Sequence record: OZ240615.1
Reading direction: 5' to 3' (one strand)
DNA: 64,000 nucleotides
Under the pieces are notes generated by a model, which had not been told where the DNA came from, searched no databases, and saw only the letters and a list, made by a program, of their open reading frames with translations. How positions within the stretch are numbered: the first letter of the stretch is position 1; each line of letters begins with the position of its first letter. Both the position numbers and the translations under genes were made by a program. This document shows positions 41,690 to 51,833 of the stretch, in pieces.

Positions 41690-43057
41690 TTATTTCAAGG
41701 CGCGCTTCCAGTTCCATCTTGTTGTTTTAAGTGCGGCGCCGTGCATTTTGGCCATTGAAATGCTCATAAGGATGTTACCAACTTCGGTGGCCAGCGCACC
41801 CAAAGCATTACGGCTCCCTTCAAAACGTTTGCCCATACATTTTACACAAAAGTTACCGTTTTCCGTGTGACAAAATTGTGGGGACCTGAAGATAAACGTT
41901 CTACCGTGTACAGTAGCTGCTACTTCCGGTGTCATGAGGGAGAGTTCATTTTTGTCATTGAAATAATAAGCCCAATGGAAATTCGACTCATTATCTTTCG
42001 TGACCATGTGCTTAATCCCTAATTTCGACCCGCAATCATCTTCTGTAATTTTGGTATTAAGGAAGAAACGACCGATGAACTTAGCTGCTTCACCTCCCAG
42101 TGCTGTTACTGCACCGCGGTTAAAAGAACCGTCGATGAGTGAGTTAGCCATTTCCGGTAATTTGGTGATGTCCCATTGCTCGGACAGTGGGTTTTGAATC
42201 ACCGTAATTTTGTTACGGTTCTCGAAGTCGTATTCTACGGCATGAGAGATATAGGCTTTGGCACGTACAACATCGAAATCCTTAGAGCCTGGGCGAAGGA
42301 AGCCTTTTTCCGGATCTTGGGATTGGAACTCGATATCGTACTTGATAAGTTCGGCCATAATTTTGGCGACGATAGCAGGATTATCTAGCTGATCTTTATA
42401 CTGTTCGTAAAGCGCCTTTCTTCTTTCTGCCATATCGGGGGCGGTTACAATCGTGTAAGGCGTTGCCGCTGGAGCGGCCAGTTGGCACCAACCTGTAATA
42501 GAGTAAGCCGCTGGGTAATAGCGTTTTTCTAGTTCATCGGTGTAGATTGCTTTAGGGTCGCGATCATTAGGGTCGTCAGGAGGAGACTGTAGCAATGCTG
42601 CTATTTTATCCTCTATCTTCCCCAGTTTAATTTGACCCGTGACGAAACTAATTTTATCGCCAAAGGAGTGACAGAGCACGGTTTGGTTAACGAGGACATT
42701 ACCCACCAAGGTGGTGATTTTTTCTTTTACATTAATCAGATCACCGGGCTGAAGTTCAATTTCATCTTTGAAGTGAAAAGGTGCTTTATTAGGTTCGGCG
42801 CCTTGTAATACGTCCCAATCTTTTCTGACCGGGTCAAAGAAAACGACCCTGTCGTCGTCAATAAAGAGTTGATAGGGGTATTCTTCAAAGTCTTGGCGTT
42901 TTGGTTCATCTTTAAAATAGAGAGGGTATTTCCCGCCGGGTCGACGTTCTTCATCTTTGGCGGGATATTGAACGATCCCGAACGCATCAATAACCCAACC
43001 CTTGTAGAGATAGCTGCCGTAGTTTAAAGCAGCTAATAAATAGTCGCGCTTAATCAT
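41690..43057 (-). CDS. Virion RNA polymerase beta-prime subunit, middle part (phiKZ gp80-like)
   Basis: 455 aa; ITEDDCG, RSPQFC...FCVKCMG zinc site and SMAKMHG motifs of beta-prime. Confidence 0.88.
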   Translation of the reverse strand: MIKRDYLLAALNYGSYLYKGWVIDAFGIVQYPAKDEERRPGGKYPLYFKDEPKRQDFEEYPYQLFIDDDRVVFFDPVRKDWDVLQGAEPNKAPFHFKDEIELQPGDLINVKEKITTLVGNVLVNQTVLCHSFGDKISFVTGQIKLGKIEDKIAALLQSPPDDPNDRDPKAIYTDELEKRYYPAAYSITGWCQLAAPAATPYTIVTAPDMAERRKALYEQYKDQLDNPAIVAKIMAELIKYDIEFQSQDPEKGFLRPGSKDFDVVRAKAYISHAVEYDFENRNKITVIQNPLSEQWDITKLPEMANSLIDGSFNRGAVTALGGEAAKFIGRFFLNTKITEDDCGSKLGIKHMVTKDNESNFHWAYYFNDKNELSLMTPEVAATVHGRTFIFRSPQFCHTENGNFCVKCMGKRFEGSRNALGALATEVGNILMSISMAKMHGAALKTTRWNWKRALK

Positions 43058-43889
43058 TCGTTATCTCCGGTAAAGGGAGTTTAGTGACAAGTCTGGAAAT
43101 GGCCACTAATGTTTTCGGGTCGACAAAATAATGCGGTAGTTCGTTACCGATTGTTTCTTTAATTTTGTCCGTCGGTATCCCAGCGGCGATACCTGAGAAG
43201 AGAGCCAGTTTCGCAATGACTTCCGTTGTCTGTTTTTCTTCGGATAAATAATAATCAAGATAATTACTGATTGGTTCACCGACAGAACCGCCGTCCTTAA
43301 AGTATCGGATAGCCCGTTCGATCCCGTAGAAGTTCAATGCGTTCTTTGTTCGGTTCACTAGCGGGACGTTAACGTCCTCACCTTCAGGGAACCGATATTC
43401 CATTTCGCTTAAATAATCTCTTAAACGATAGATCAGCGAAGGGGAAACTTCAGCAGTGATTTCCAATACGGCGTGAGGATCAATAGTATTATCTACGACG
43501 TGAAGTACTTCTGCGAGTTTCTCTTTAGGATTCTCTGCGACTTCTAACGCATATTTTATCGACTGAAGGTCTTCGTGGGAATCTACGTGATAAAGCGCCT
43601 GGCAAATCTTTGCCAGTAGTTCCATTTTGTCGTAAATGGGTAAGTCGTCGGTTAGGTATAAACCAAATTCTTCTATCCCTTCAGCGAGAAGATCGATCAC
43701 TGTTTGATTAAACTGAGCAATATTATCTTCTGTGCTGAACTCCTCAAGATAAGTGGTGAACTGATTAAACTGCTGTTCGAAGATGCCGGGGTCTAATCGG
43801 TAAAGAAAAGGGAGAACAACTTTATATGTTGAAACCTTTGCCTCAGGGACTACCCGGGTAAGGTAATTCAAAAGATTATCAATTAACAT
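43050..43889 (-). CDS. Conserved hypothetical/virion protein (phiKZ gp79-like)
   Basis: 279-aa ORF coupled to the vRNAP subunit gene. Confidence 0.65.
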   Translation of the reverse strand: MLIDNLLNYLTRVVPEAKVSTYKVVLPFLYRLDPGIFEQQFNQFTTYLEEFSTEDNIAQFNQTVIDLLAEGIEEFGLYLTDDLPIYDKMELLAKICQALYHVDSHEDLQSIKYALEVAENPKEKLAEVLHVVDNTIDPHAVLEITAEVSPSLIYRLRDYLSEMEYRFPEGEDVNVPLVNRTKNALNFYGIERAIRYFKDGGSVGEPISNYLDYYLSEEKQTTEVIAKLALFSGIAAGIPTDKIKETIGNELPHYFVDPKTLVAISRLVTKLPLPEITND

Positions 43890-43963
43890 TATTTTACCCT
43901 ATGTAAATTTTAATTCACATGAAGCGTAATTAGAATGAATATCTATCACTCTCAGAGGACGTA

Positions 43964-44398
43964 GTGGCCATGGCCAAATCGCGTAAAAAGAAGCCAGTTA
44001 AAAAACCTTCGTACACGAAACTGCACGGTTACGCTTATGTGAATGATATCGTAAAGCGTTCTCCTAAACTTCTCGCTCAAGCAGCGGATGTCGTGGTCAG
44101 GTTTGATCTGCTTAAACAAGATCAGCTCTCTATGGGAGAAATCTTGAAAGGAAAAGAACAAATCAAAATCATTCTGGAAAAAGCACCCAATATACGCCAT
44201 CTGCTAGATACCTTAAAAGAAGGCTTCGAGAAGCTGATTGCGTCTCCGGGTAAAAAGGATGAAGAACATTTTGCAGCACTCGTTGGATTGGGTGCGGAGT
44301 TCGTCGCGGCGATGACAGAGGACGTGATTGCGCCTATGGCCGAGATCGCTGAGATCGTTGAAAAAAGAACCGCAAATAAGGAACCAGTAAATGTCTGA
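43964..44398 (+). CDS. Hypothetical protein with basic N-terminus
   Basis: 144 aa, GAGG RBS; TCTATCAC motif upstream. Confidence 0.7.
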   Translation: MAMAKSRKKKPVKKPSYTKLHGYAYVNDIVKRSPKLLAQAADVVVRFDLLKQDQLSMGEILKGKEQIKIILEKAPNIRHLLDTLKEGFEKLIASPGKKDEEHFAALVGLGAEFVAAMTEDVIAPMAEIAEIVEKRTANKEPVNV

Positions 44399-46106
44399 TG
44401 CAGATAACATTCAGGGGACTGATGAAACCCCTTCTATTCCCACTTCTGGGGTGGGTCAACCTGTCAATAAACAAGTGATCACGGACGATGTTTTTGAAGA
44501 AGCTCAAATCGTCGCTCCTGAACCAGAAGAAGAAAAAGAAGAACCTGTAGAGACTGACCCGTCTGATGAAACGGATCAGGAAAACAAAGAAGAGGAGGAA
44601 CACCTACTTTTCGATGTTGAACCGAATAAATTGACCATCGACCCTACTCGCCCTATCTACGTCCGCATCGACCCGGAAGAAAAAGGGATCGCTGCTTTAT
44701 CCGTTCTTCCGACGACGAGAGAAGATGCTGAGACCTTTGTAAACAGTCTCAGTACGGTGGGAGAAGAAGATCTCGAATGGGTACTGACAACAAGAAATGC
44801 CACTGATAACGCATATTTGGGTAATGGTCTGCTCAAGGCCGCGATTCGTAAAGGTGCTAAGTGGAAAGGTCAGCTTGAAAACCCTGTAACGCCTACGCCG
44901 CTTTGCGATTATCGCAGCGCGTACAAGATCTTTGACCAACCCGCGACCAGAATCAGCGGCGCGGACGCCATTGACATGTTTACGGCGGGGACGAACCTCG
45001 GCCGACCAGTCACGGTTCCGCTTTGGCATTCCGGTTTCTGGGTAAAACTGAGAGCTCCTTCGGCGGCGTTCCTGGCTGACATCGATCGAGCACTGGCATT
45101 CTCTCGCGAAGAGCTGGGCCTAGAGGTCTTCGGTGCCATCGGTGCTAACGACCGACTGATCTTTGATGAGATCTTGGTTGATGCTGCACTGAAACTGGTA
45201 TCTGAAACCAACATAGCTATCGCGAAGTCGCCGATGGAATTAAAAGAAGTCATTGACTACTTTGACATTGACTCTTTAATCTGGGGTATGGCGCAGGCTG
45301 CGTTCCCGGACGGTTGTGAGATCGCAATCCCATGTCCAAGTTGTCGCGGTGTAACGCACGTCAAGGCTAACCTTTTACGAATGCGTTTTGTTGACGAGTC
45401 CCGTTTAACTCAAGTGCAAATTCGTCAAATGGCAAAAGGCATTGCCCATAAAACGACTGTCGAAGAGTTGAAGAAATACAAAGAAGAATTTGAAATTCTC
45501 AACACGCAGAAATGGGAATGGAACAAGCGGACGTTTACGTTCCGTTCACCGACGATCGAAGAATATTTGACCTCCGGTCGTGAGTATATCACTTCAGTTT
45601 CCCGGGCGTTGACAGAAACTCTGCGCGATGACGTCACTGATGACTATCGCCGTGGTCAAAGTATGAAATCAATACTGACTACGGAAGAGACGGCACGGTT
45701 CCTTCATTTTATCCGGGAGATTAAAATCCCGAACACCAATGAGAAAGGGAGTGCGGATAACTACGGGATTGTTAATGACCCTCATGCTATCCTCGATATC
45801 ATGCGCTATATCTCTGGCGACTATGAAGCTAGCGATGGTTTAATTGTCGCGATCAATGACTTCATTAACGATGCGATCAATACAATCATTGGTTTCCCTA
45901 ATGTCAACTGTCCAGCGTGTGGGAAATTCTATCTCTCTAAAACTGGGGAAGAAACGATCATCGTCCCGTTTAATCCGGCCACGGGTTTTTTTATCCTTGC
46001 GCAACACAAGATCAGGGAAGCAGGGTCGGAGCCTCTGACGAATCTCTTGACGTTAGGTCTGACCGGTTTGCTATCCAAGGTATCGGCCAGCGAGGCTCAG
46101 GGTTAA
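44391..46106 (+). CDS. Conserved protein with two CxxC motifs (phiKZ gp77-like; possible baseplate-hub/tail assembly factor)
   Basis: 571 aa; acidic N-terminus; CPSC and CPAC motifs. Confidence 0.65.
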   Translation: MSDADNIQGTDETPSIPTSGVGQPVNKQVITDDVFEEAQIVAPEPEEEKEEPVETDPSDETDQENKEEEEHLLFDVEPNKLTIDPTRPIYVRIDPEEKGIAALSVLPTTREDAETFVNSLSTVGEEDLEWVLTTRNATDNAYLGNGLLKAAIRKGAKWKGQLENPVTPTPLCDYRSAYKIFDQPATRISGADAIDMFTAGTNLGRPVTVPLWHSGFWVKLRAPSAAFLADIDRALAFSREELGLEVFGAIGANDRLIFDEILVDAALKLVSETNIAIAKSPMELKEVIDYFDIDSLIWGMAQAAFPDGCEIAIPCPSCRGVTHVKANLLRMRFVDESRLTQVQIRQMAKGIAHKTTVEELKKYKEEFEILNTQKWEWNKRTFTFRSPTIEEYLTSGREYITSVSRALTETLRDDVTDDYRRGQSMKSILTTEETARFLHFIREIKIPNTNEKGSADNYGIVNDPHAILDIMRYISGDYEASDGLIVAINDFINDAINTIIGFPNVNCPACGKFYLSKTGEETIIVPFNPATGFFILAQHKIREAGSEPLTNLLTLGLTGLLSKVSASEAQG

Positions 46107-46123
46107 TTGAGAAGGCGGGCGGT

Positions 46124-46486
46124 ATGGGTAACCTTGCCGCCAAAGTGGCGTTGCGCAGGGCGTACGACCTCGATAATCAAATTTACACCGAACACGTCGA
46201 TGCGAAAGAACCCTTCTCCCTTATCGCCATGCATTCAGCAGAAGCGGCGGCAAACAAAGGGAAATGGGATGATTTGTTAGAGAAGTATCACACTCACCAG
46301 ATTAAGGCGTATTTCAATTACACGTTTACTGAATGGGTGAACCAACCTAACGACCTCGTTGAGAAACAGATTAATATTTCGATACGATGGAGAGAGCGTG
46401 AAGTCGGTGTGAAAGACGAAGAAACAAAAGAGTTAGAAGCCCAGTTAGCAAAGAACGGGGTTCCAATTCCTCAATCTAATGTTTAA
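46124..46486 (+). CDS. Conserved hypothetical protein
   Basis: 120 aa, AAGG RBS. Confidence 0.65.
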   Translation: MGNLAAKVALRRAYDLDNQIYTEHVDAKEPFSLIAMHSAEAAANKGKWDDLLEKYHTHQIKAYFNYTFTEWVNQPNDLVEKQINISIRWREREVGVKDEETKELEAQLAKNGVPIPQSNV

Positions 46487-46499
46487 AAGGAAAATGGCT

Positions 46500-47138
46500 A
46501 TGGCCAATAAGTTTGATAACATTCAAAAACAGTCTCAGGCGCTCTCTGATGCAGCGGATGCAATTACAGAAGCAAATACCAGTGGATCTAATGACAACAC
46601 CCCTGTGAGCACTACAGTGGCTTCTGATAGCGCAGTAGGAGGTAGTGCGAGTGTAAGTACAGTTTCTACTGCCAGTCAAAAAAGCGCCGTGGACGCGTAC
46701 GCTGGGCAGTCTGATACGGTCAAACTGATTGTCGCTCATTTAGAAACTTACGTTTTGAACATGGCGCCAGAAAAAGTTCAGACCGATACGTCTCTGAAAG
46801 AAAACCAAACTATTCTGTATCGGACGCTGGAGCAACTCGTAAACCTGTCCGACGTCAATGACTTCGCCATCTGCATGAAACGGTTGTTTGCGTTGGTGCG
46901 TAAATACGAAGACGCTGCATTTGCACCAAATATGCGTTTCCGTCGTTTAAGTCTTTTGGCGAAAGGCGATAAGCAACTGGATAAATACATCAACTTTGTT
47001 GACATGATTTGCGCCTTTGCAGTTCCGGCGGTACGTAAGTCAATTATCCAGCGTTACAATCTGGTTCGTGCGGCTGAATTCGCCAAACCGGAATATCGTG
47101 AACGACTGATCGAATTTGTTCGCGCTATCAGCGGTTAA
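46500..47138 (+). CDS. Conserved hypothetical protein with Ser/Thr/Ala-rich N-terminus
   Basis: Start placed at MANKF (AAGG RBS 9 nt upstream). Confidence 0.7.
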   Translation: MANKFDNIQKQSQALSDAADAITEANTSGSNDNTPVSTTVASDSAVGGSASVSTVSTASQKSAVDAYAGQSDTVKLIVAHLETYVLNMAPEKVQTDTSLKENQTILYRTLEQLVNLSDVNDFAICMKRLFALVRKYEDAAFAPNMRFRRLSLLAKGDKQLDKYINFVDMICAFAVPAVRKSIIQRYNLVRAAEFAKPEYRERLIEFVRAISG

Positions 47139-47142
47139 TTGT

Positions 47143-47182
47143 CATAAGTACTCTCTCTTCCCGCGTTTGCGGGAAGAGAGAG
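47143..47182. terminator. Bidirectional terminator hairpin
   Basis: CTCTCTCTTCCCGC/GCGGGAAGAGAGAG at 47151-47182. Confidence 0.8.
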
Positions 47183-47194
47183 CTTTATAATTGT

Positions 47195-48172
47195 TTAAGC
47201 GTGTTTAAACCCCGCCCATTTAGCGGCGATGAGTTCAATGACCTTTGATCGAATATCGGCGGGAAGGTTGACGGGTAAGAAAAACTCGACTACCTTCTCC
47301 AAATCAGCAAACGCGCTGTCTTCACTTTCTTTAAAATGTTCCGAGAAGATGGACGCTAAAGTATTAATGTTCTTTTCATCGTACATTTGCGGGTAATTAA
47401 ATCCCCTGAAAAGACCCTTTAATTTTTCTAAGTCTTCGACGTTATCCAGATCAATAACCATTTTTCTTCGGTCAGACCGAACTTCTTGGATTTTGTTTAC
47501 TCCGATAGCGGTAGGAGTAAAATGAGGATCTGGAACTTCATCAGGGCTAAGTGGTGTTACGCTAAACTGCCTGGTTTGATATTTGGACAGATCAACCGTG
47601 GGGAGGGGGTCGAAATGAGCAGCGATTCGATCTGCTATACTATCGGTTTTCTCTGGCGTCACTTCGAGTTCATCGGTGGGATAGCCATTAAAAATGAGAT
47701 CAAACCCTATAATGTTAACCGCACCGGACGGAAGGAAATATTTTTCTATATCGCTATCCAAAGCAGGGTAAACGTAGTCGCCGTTGATGGTCAGTCGAGG
47801 GTAAAAATTGTATGCTCCGTCACGGAGACCGTCGGCGTATTGAATCAGATGATCGTAAGGAGTTTGTGGGTTAAGTAATGTGATCTTAACCGAATAAATT
47901 GTGCCTGAGATATCGCCTTGTAATTGTCCTGTGTTCAGTGTGAAGATTGCATCGGACAAATTAGGGAAGTAATCCGATTTATTACTTCTACTTTTTGCAT
48001 CATCGCGTGATACAACAGAAACATATGCCAGCGATGGCGGGACAGATGTTCTTATACCTCGTATGGCTTGCGCCAATTTATCGATGGCGATCCCTGTAGC
48101 TTTAGAGATTTCCTGCAATGAAAAATAAACGATGATCGAACTATTATTTACTATTTTTACTTGGTGGTTCAT
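47195..48172 (-). CDS. Hypothetical protein
   Basis: 325-aa ORF with AAGG RBS. Confidence 0.65.
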   Translation of the reverse strand: MNHQVKIVNNSSIIVYFSLQEISKATGIAIDKLAQAIRGIRTSVPPSLAYVSVVSRDDAKSRSNKSDYFPNLSDAIFTLNTGQLQGDISGTIYSVKITLLNPQTPYDHLIQYADGLRDGAYNFYPRLTINGDYVYPALDSDIEKYFLPSGAVNIIGFDLIFNGYPTDELEVTPEKTDSIADRIAAHFDPLPTVDLSKYQTRQFSVTPLSPDEVPDPHFTPTAIGVNKIQEVRSDRRKMVIDLDNVEDLEKLKGLFRGFNYPQMYDEKNINTLASIFSEHFKESEDSAFADLEKVVEFFLPVNLPADIRSKVIELIAAKWAGFKHA

Positions 48173-48231
48173 CTTGACCGTACCTTTTGTTTGTTAGAGT
48201 CTCCTAGCGGACTCATAATAGTTATGGGTAC

Positions 48232-50238
48232 GTGGATTTTGTTATGAGCACTAATTACGATAGGGGAATCACTGTGTTTAATTTTGCAAAAGCAGCTTTC
48301 GGAATGGTAGAGGTTGAAGAAGCAAACGGAAAAATCAAAATCACTGCTATCCGTTCTAAAGACGCGTTAAATGAAATTTATAATACTTGGCGAACATCTC
48401 GCATTGAACAAAGTATGTTCACTAAGATTACGCCCTACAGTATCGAGTTCTATAGTTTCTTTGCAGTAGAATTCGTTTACATACTGGATAAAATTATCGC
48501 CAAATCTGGCAGAAGCATGATTGCAAAGAAAACATTGAAACAAGTTAAAGAGGGTATTTTAACAAACACTTGGATGCGTTCTACTCAGATGGATCACGAT
48601 CCTATTTTAGATCGTAGTAAACTGAGCCTGTTCACCAAAAGCCCACTCCGTCATCAAATGGAATTCATCGACCTCTACGACGACGTCGTTCCTAAATGGC
48701 AGCTAAATGGATATTGCTTAGCAATGGGGACTGGCTCAGGAAAAACTCTCTCGTCGCTAATGATTGCAGAAATGCTCAACGTTGACATTATTGTCATGAT
48801 ATCATTAAAGGCGTCTATTTATCGTGTCTGGGAAGATGCGATGCAAAACGATTACAAGAAGACACCCGAATATTGGATTCAGGCGCGTGATGGGTCATTA
48901 CCCTCTGGAACATTACCAAAGTATTTAATCTACCACATGGAAGCCATTGGTAAATTACTGGAAGATTCCGGGCGATTCACTGGTAAGAAAGTTGCGTTAA
49001 TCCTCGACGAATCCCACAAACTAAATGAACTAACTTCTCAACGTACGCAAGATATTTTACAATTCTGCAAACGTGTTCAGCCTGTTACAACGCTATGGGC
49101 TTCTGCTACGCCTATCAAAGCATATGGCTCTGAAGCCATCCCGATGCTGGCGACATTTGATAAAATGATGACGTTAGAGGCTATGGAAGCCTTTAAGAAA
49201 CTGTACGGGAAGTCAAGTAAGAAATGTTTCGACATCATTCGTCATCGTATGGGTAATGTAACATTTAAAGTGGAGGTTGTTAAATCCAACCCAATCATCG
49301 AGAATGTTCCGGTCAAACTGAAAGACCCAGAGAAGTTTTTATTGTCTACGTTGAAAATGGACATGAAAGATTATATTCTGGAACGCATTGCGTATTGGAA
49401 AAAACTCGAACCGCAAGTTAAGTTGGGTTATTATTCTGGCGTAGACAAATATGCTCGTACTGTTAAGACTAAAGAACAAGAAGCTCAATTAAAACAATAC
49501 CGACGTTTTGTTGAGCAAATCTCTAAAACCACCGATTACCAAATGGTGAAAGAAGAGATGATGTTCTGTAATAAGTTCGAAAAGAATTTAATCGAGCCCT
49601 TACTGCGCGGAGAAGATTTAAAGAATTTCCGTAGTTACAAGTCGGTGATCAAATATTTACCGTTAAAAGTCCGTGGTGAGTGTTTAGGTAACGTCGTAGG
49701 GAAGCGAAGGGAAGAAGTTACGCTTGCTTTAATACCAGCGTGTGATCTGCCTAAATACATTAAGGCGGCGGAGAAGAAAACTATTGTTTTTACCAGCTAC
49801 GTGAAAGCGGTGGAAATAACAGAAGACTATCTGGTGTCGAAAGGGTTCAAACCGGTAACTGTTTACGGAGAGGGTGAAGATTTAACTAAACAAGTGAAAC
49901 GGTTCTTTGATGACAATAATATTAACCCATTAATTGCAACGTATCAAAGTTTATCTACTTCCGTTCCGTTGATTGCCGCAAACGTTATTTTAGCTATTAA
50001 TGCACCGTTCCGTGATTACATCATGGAACAAGCTATCGGTCGTATTGACCGTATTAACCAAAGCGCACAGACTTATGTCTTTAAATTCTATTTGGAGACA
50101 TCGGAACCTAATATCAGTAGCCGCACACTTGATATCTTAACCTGGTCGGAAGAACAAGTGAATCAGATACTCGGTGTGAAAGAGGAAGCGGTCGCGTTGG
50201 AAGCTTGGTCGCTTGAAGCTATCCCGCAGTACACGTAA
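48232..50238 (+). CDS. Superfamily-2 (SNF2/UvsW-like) helicase
   Basis: GTGSGKT, LILDESH, SATP and QAIGRIDR motifs; 668 aa. Confidence 0.9.
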   Translation: MDFVMSTNYDRGITVFNFAKAAFGMVEVEEANGKIKITAIRSKDALNEIYNTWRTSRIEQSMFTKITPYSIEFYSFFAVEFVYILDKIIAKSGRSMIAKKTLKQVKEGILTNTWMRSTQMDHDPILDRSKLSLFTKSPLRHQMEFIDLYDDVVPKWQLNGYCLAMGTGSGKTLSSLMIAEMLNVDIIVMISLKASIYRVWEDAMQNDYKKTPEYWIQARDGSLPSGTLPKYLIYHMEAIGKLLEDSGRFTGKKVALILDESHKLNELTSQRTQDILQFCKRVQPVTTLWASATPIKAYGSEAIPMLATFDKMMTLEAMEAFKKLYGKSSKKCFDIIRHRMGNVTFKVEVVKSNPIIENVPVKLKDPEKFLLSTLKMDMKDYILERIAYWKKLEPQVKLGYYSGVDKYARTVKTKEQEAQLKQYRRFVEQISKTTDYQMVKEEMMFCNKFEKNLIEPLLRGEDLKNFRSYKSVIKYLPLKVRGECLGNVVGKRREEVTLALIPACDLPKYIKAAEKKTIVFTSYVKAVEITEDYLVSKGFKPVTVYGEGEDLTKQVKRFFDDNNINPLIATYQSLSTSVPLIAANVILAINAPFRDYIMEQAIGRIDRINQSAQTYVFKFYLETSEPNISSRTLDILTWSEEQVNQILGVKEEAVALEAWSLEAIPQYT

Positions 50239-50260
50239 CAAAAAAAAAGAATAGAGTAGA

Positions 50261-50292
50261 CAGTTTCCCTACTGCCTAATGGCAGTAGGGAA
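50261..50292. terminator. Bidirectional terminator hairpin
   Basis: GTTTCCCTACTGCC/GGCAGTAGGGAAAC. Confidence 0.8.
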
Positions 50293-50299
50293 ACTTATA

Positions 50300-50689
50300 T
50301 TAGTTTGCGTCGGTTAAATCGAGGAATTCAATCCCCATGAAAACGCAGAGAGAAGGATCGGTAGTTGATGAGTTGGCGTACATGACCCGTATACGCGTGT
50401 CAATGAACCGTGAGACGGCCGCAGTGAACTCGATAGGGTGAATGTATTGCTCTGGGCGAACAGGGTTCTTAAACGCTTTAGGGAACGTTGGAGGAAGGGA
50501 ATTAATCAGATCATAGTCCCATTCCCCCATGGCCGCGTACGTCTTGAGCATGATCTCTGCTTTTTGTTTGGCTTCTGCGACGCAGGGCTTCGCGTATTTC
50601 ACATCAGGGGAATTATATCCCTCGGCAGCCATAGAGGAGAATGCTACGGCGGAGAGAATAAATGCGATCAGTAATTTTTTCATTTTCAT
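50300..50689 (-). CDS. Secreted/periplasmic hypothetical protein
   Basis: Sec signal MKKLLIAFILSAVAFSSMA; two Cys; AAGGA RBS. Confidence 0.7.
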   Translation of the reverse strand: MKMKKLLIAFILSAVAFSSMAAEGYNSPDVKYAKPCVAEAKQKAEIMLKTYAAMGEWDYDLINSLPPTFPKAFKNPVRPEQYIHPIEFTAAVSRFIDTRIRVMYANSSTTDPSLCVFMGIEFLDLTDAN

Positions 50690-50713
50690 TTCCTTGTTAT
50701 CGGTTACGGTTAA

Positions 50714-51250
50714 TTAAGCGGTGTAATAAATAGTGGTGATACCGAGGTCTTGGTAGAGCGATGCTGCCTTAAGGGCTTCGTAATAAGTTAAGGTGTCAAA
50801 TTTTGCACCGAGATCATGTGCAAAACAAGTTACTGAACTGTATTTCTGCGGATAGAACTCTTTGTAGAACAAACGCTGTTGTTCTGGAATATCGTAGTGA
50901 TTTGCGGCGAAACTGCAAATATACGGTTCATTAAACAAGTGACGAATAAGGGTCACTGATATGCTATTAATTTGGTGGGAAGGTACTGCTGTAATAACGG
51001 GAGCGATAAAATAAAGCTCGCCGTGATAGATAGAATAGCTAAACCCTTTGACTCCGATTATTCTAAGATACAAAAGAAAGTCTTCCCACGGCGTCTTTTC
51101 CCCGGGAGTTGGGGTGTTGGTAGGCTGAAACTTGAAATCGAACATGTCTGTGTAATAAAAATTACACTTGGTCACGCTAGAAAATAAAAATCTTTTCGCG
51201 GCGAGTTCGACGTGCTTATTAACCTGGGCTTCTGTCAGCGTAGTATTCAT
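50714..51250 (-). CDS. Hypothetical protein
   Basis: 178 aa, GAGG RBS. Confidence 0.7.
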   Translation of the reverse strand: MNTTLTEAQVNKHVELAAKRFLFSSVTKCNFYYTDMFDFKFQPTNTPTPGEKTPWEDFLLYLRIIGVKGFSYSIYHGELYFIAPVITAVPSHQINSISVTLIRHLFNEPYICSFAANHYDIPEQQRLFYKEFYPQKYSSVTCFAHDLGAKFDTLTYYEALKAASLYQDLGITTIYYTA

Positions 51251-51282
51251 TTTGTTTCCTCATTCTATTAGGTTACATTAGA

Positions 51283-51290
51283 GTGATATA
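51283..51290 (-). promoter_or_regulatory. Putative early promoter motif TATATCAC
   Basis: One mismatch to TATATTAC; the same 8-mer recurs at 63748-63741. Confidence 0.45.
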
Positions 51291-51331
51291 TGCATAAAAC
51301 TGAATGGAGACCTAGGTCTCCATTCAGTGCA

Positions 51332-51833
51332 CTATAAGAAAGTTTTCACTACTGACCATCGTTCTTCTTCATTCAATTCATCGAGGTCCGGACTCGTTGT
51401 CCCTCTACGGAAGGTTTGGCTAAATTTCTCACCTGCTTTATCGGCATCCCCTAAACAAACAAATTCATAGGGGAGTAATAACAGCTGCTGTTTAAGGTGA
51501 GGGGAAAGATCGGAGCCCAATGCGCTCCAACTGTTTAAACCGAGAGCGTGAAGACTGGCTGATTTAAAGACAGACTCCGTTAAAAATACAGGACCGGGTT
51601 GAAGTACTAATTTCTAAGCCGAAAACACCAACGTTACCAAGGAGTCTCGTAAAGTATCGCGCTTCTTTTGGATTCTTTGTTTTTTTAGGTGCCCCTGGCG
51701 TGTAAACTTGATACCCTCTCAGTTTATGGTCGAAACCAAATAACGGGACGGTTAAGGTATCTTCAGTTAACCAGTTAGTCGGGTAACGGTTTACGTCGTA
51801 ATGACGCGTAAGTAAATGTTCGGTCATGTTCAT
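51332..51833 (-). pseudogene. TOPRIM-domain (primase-like) gene interrupted by a +1 frameshift (or sequencing error)
   Basis: ORF 51833-51564 stops, but the adjacent frame continues ...QPGPVFLTESVFK...VCLGDADKAG (TOPRIM E and DxD motifs) to 51332. Removing one base gives a 166-aa protein. Confidence 0.7.
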
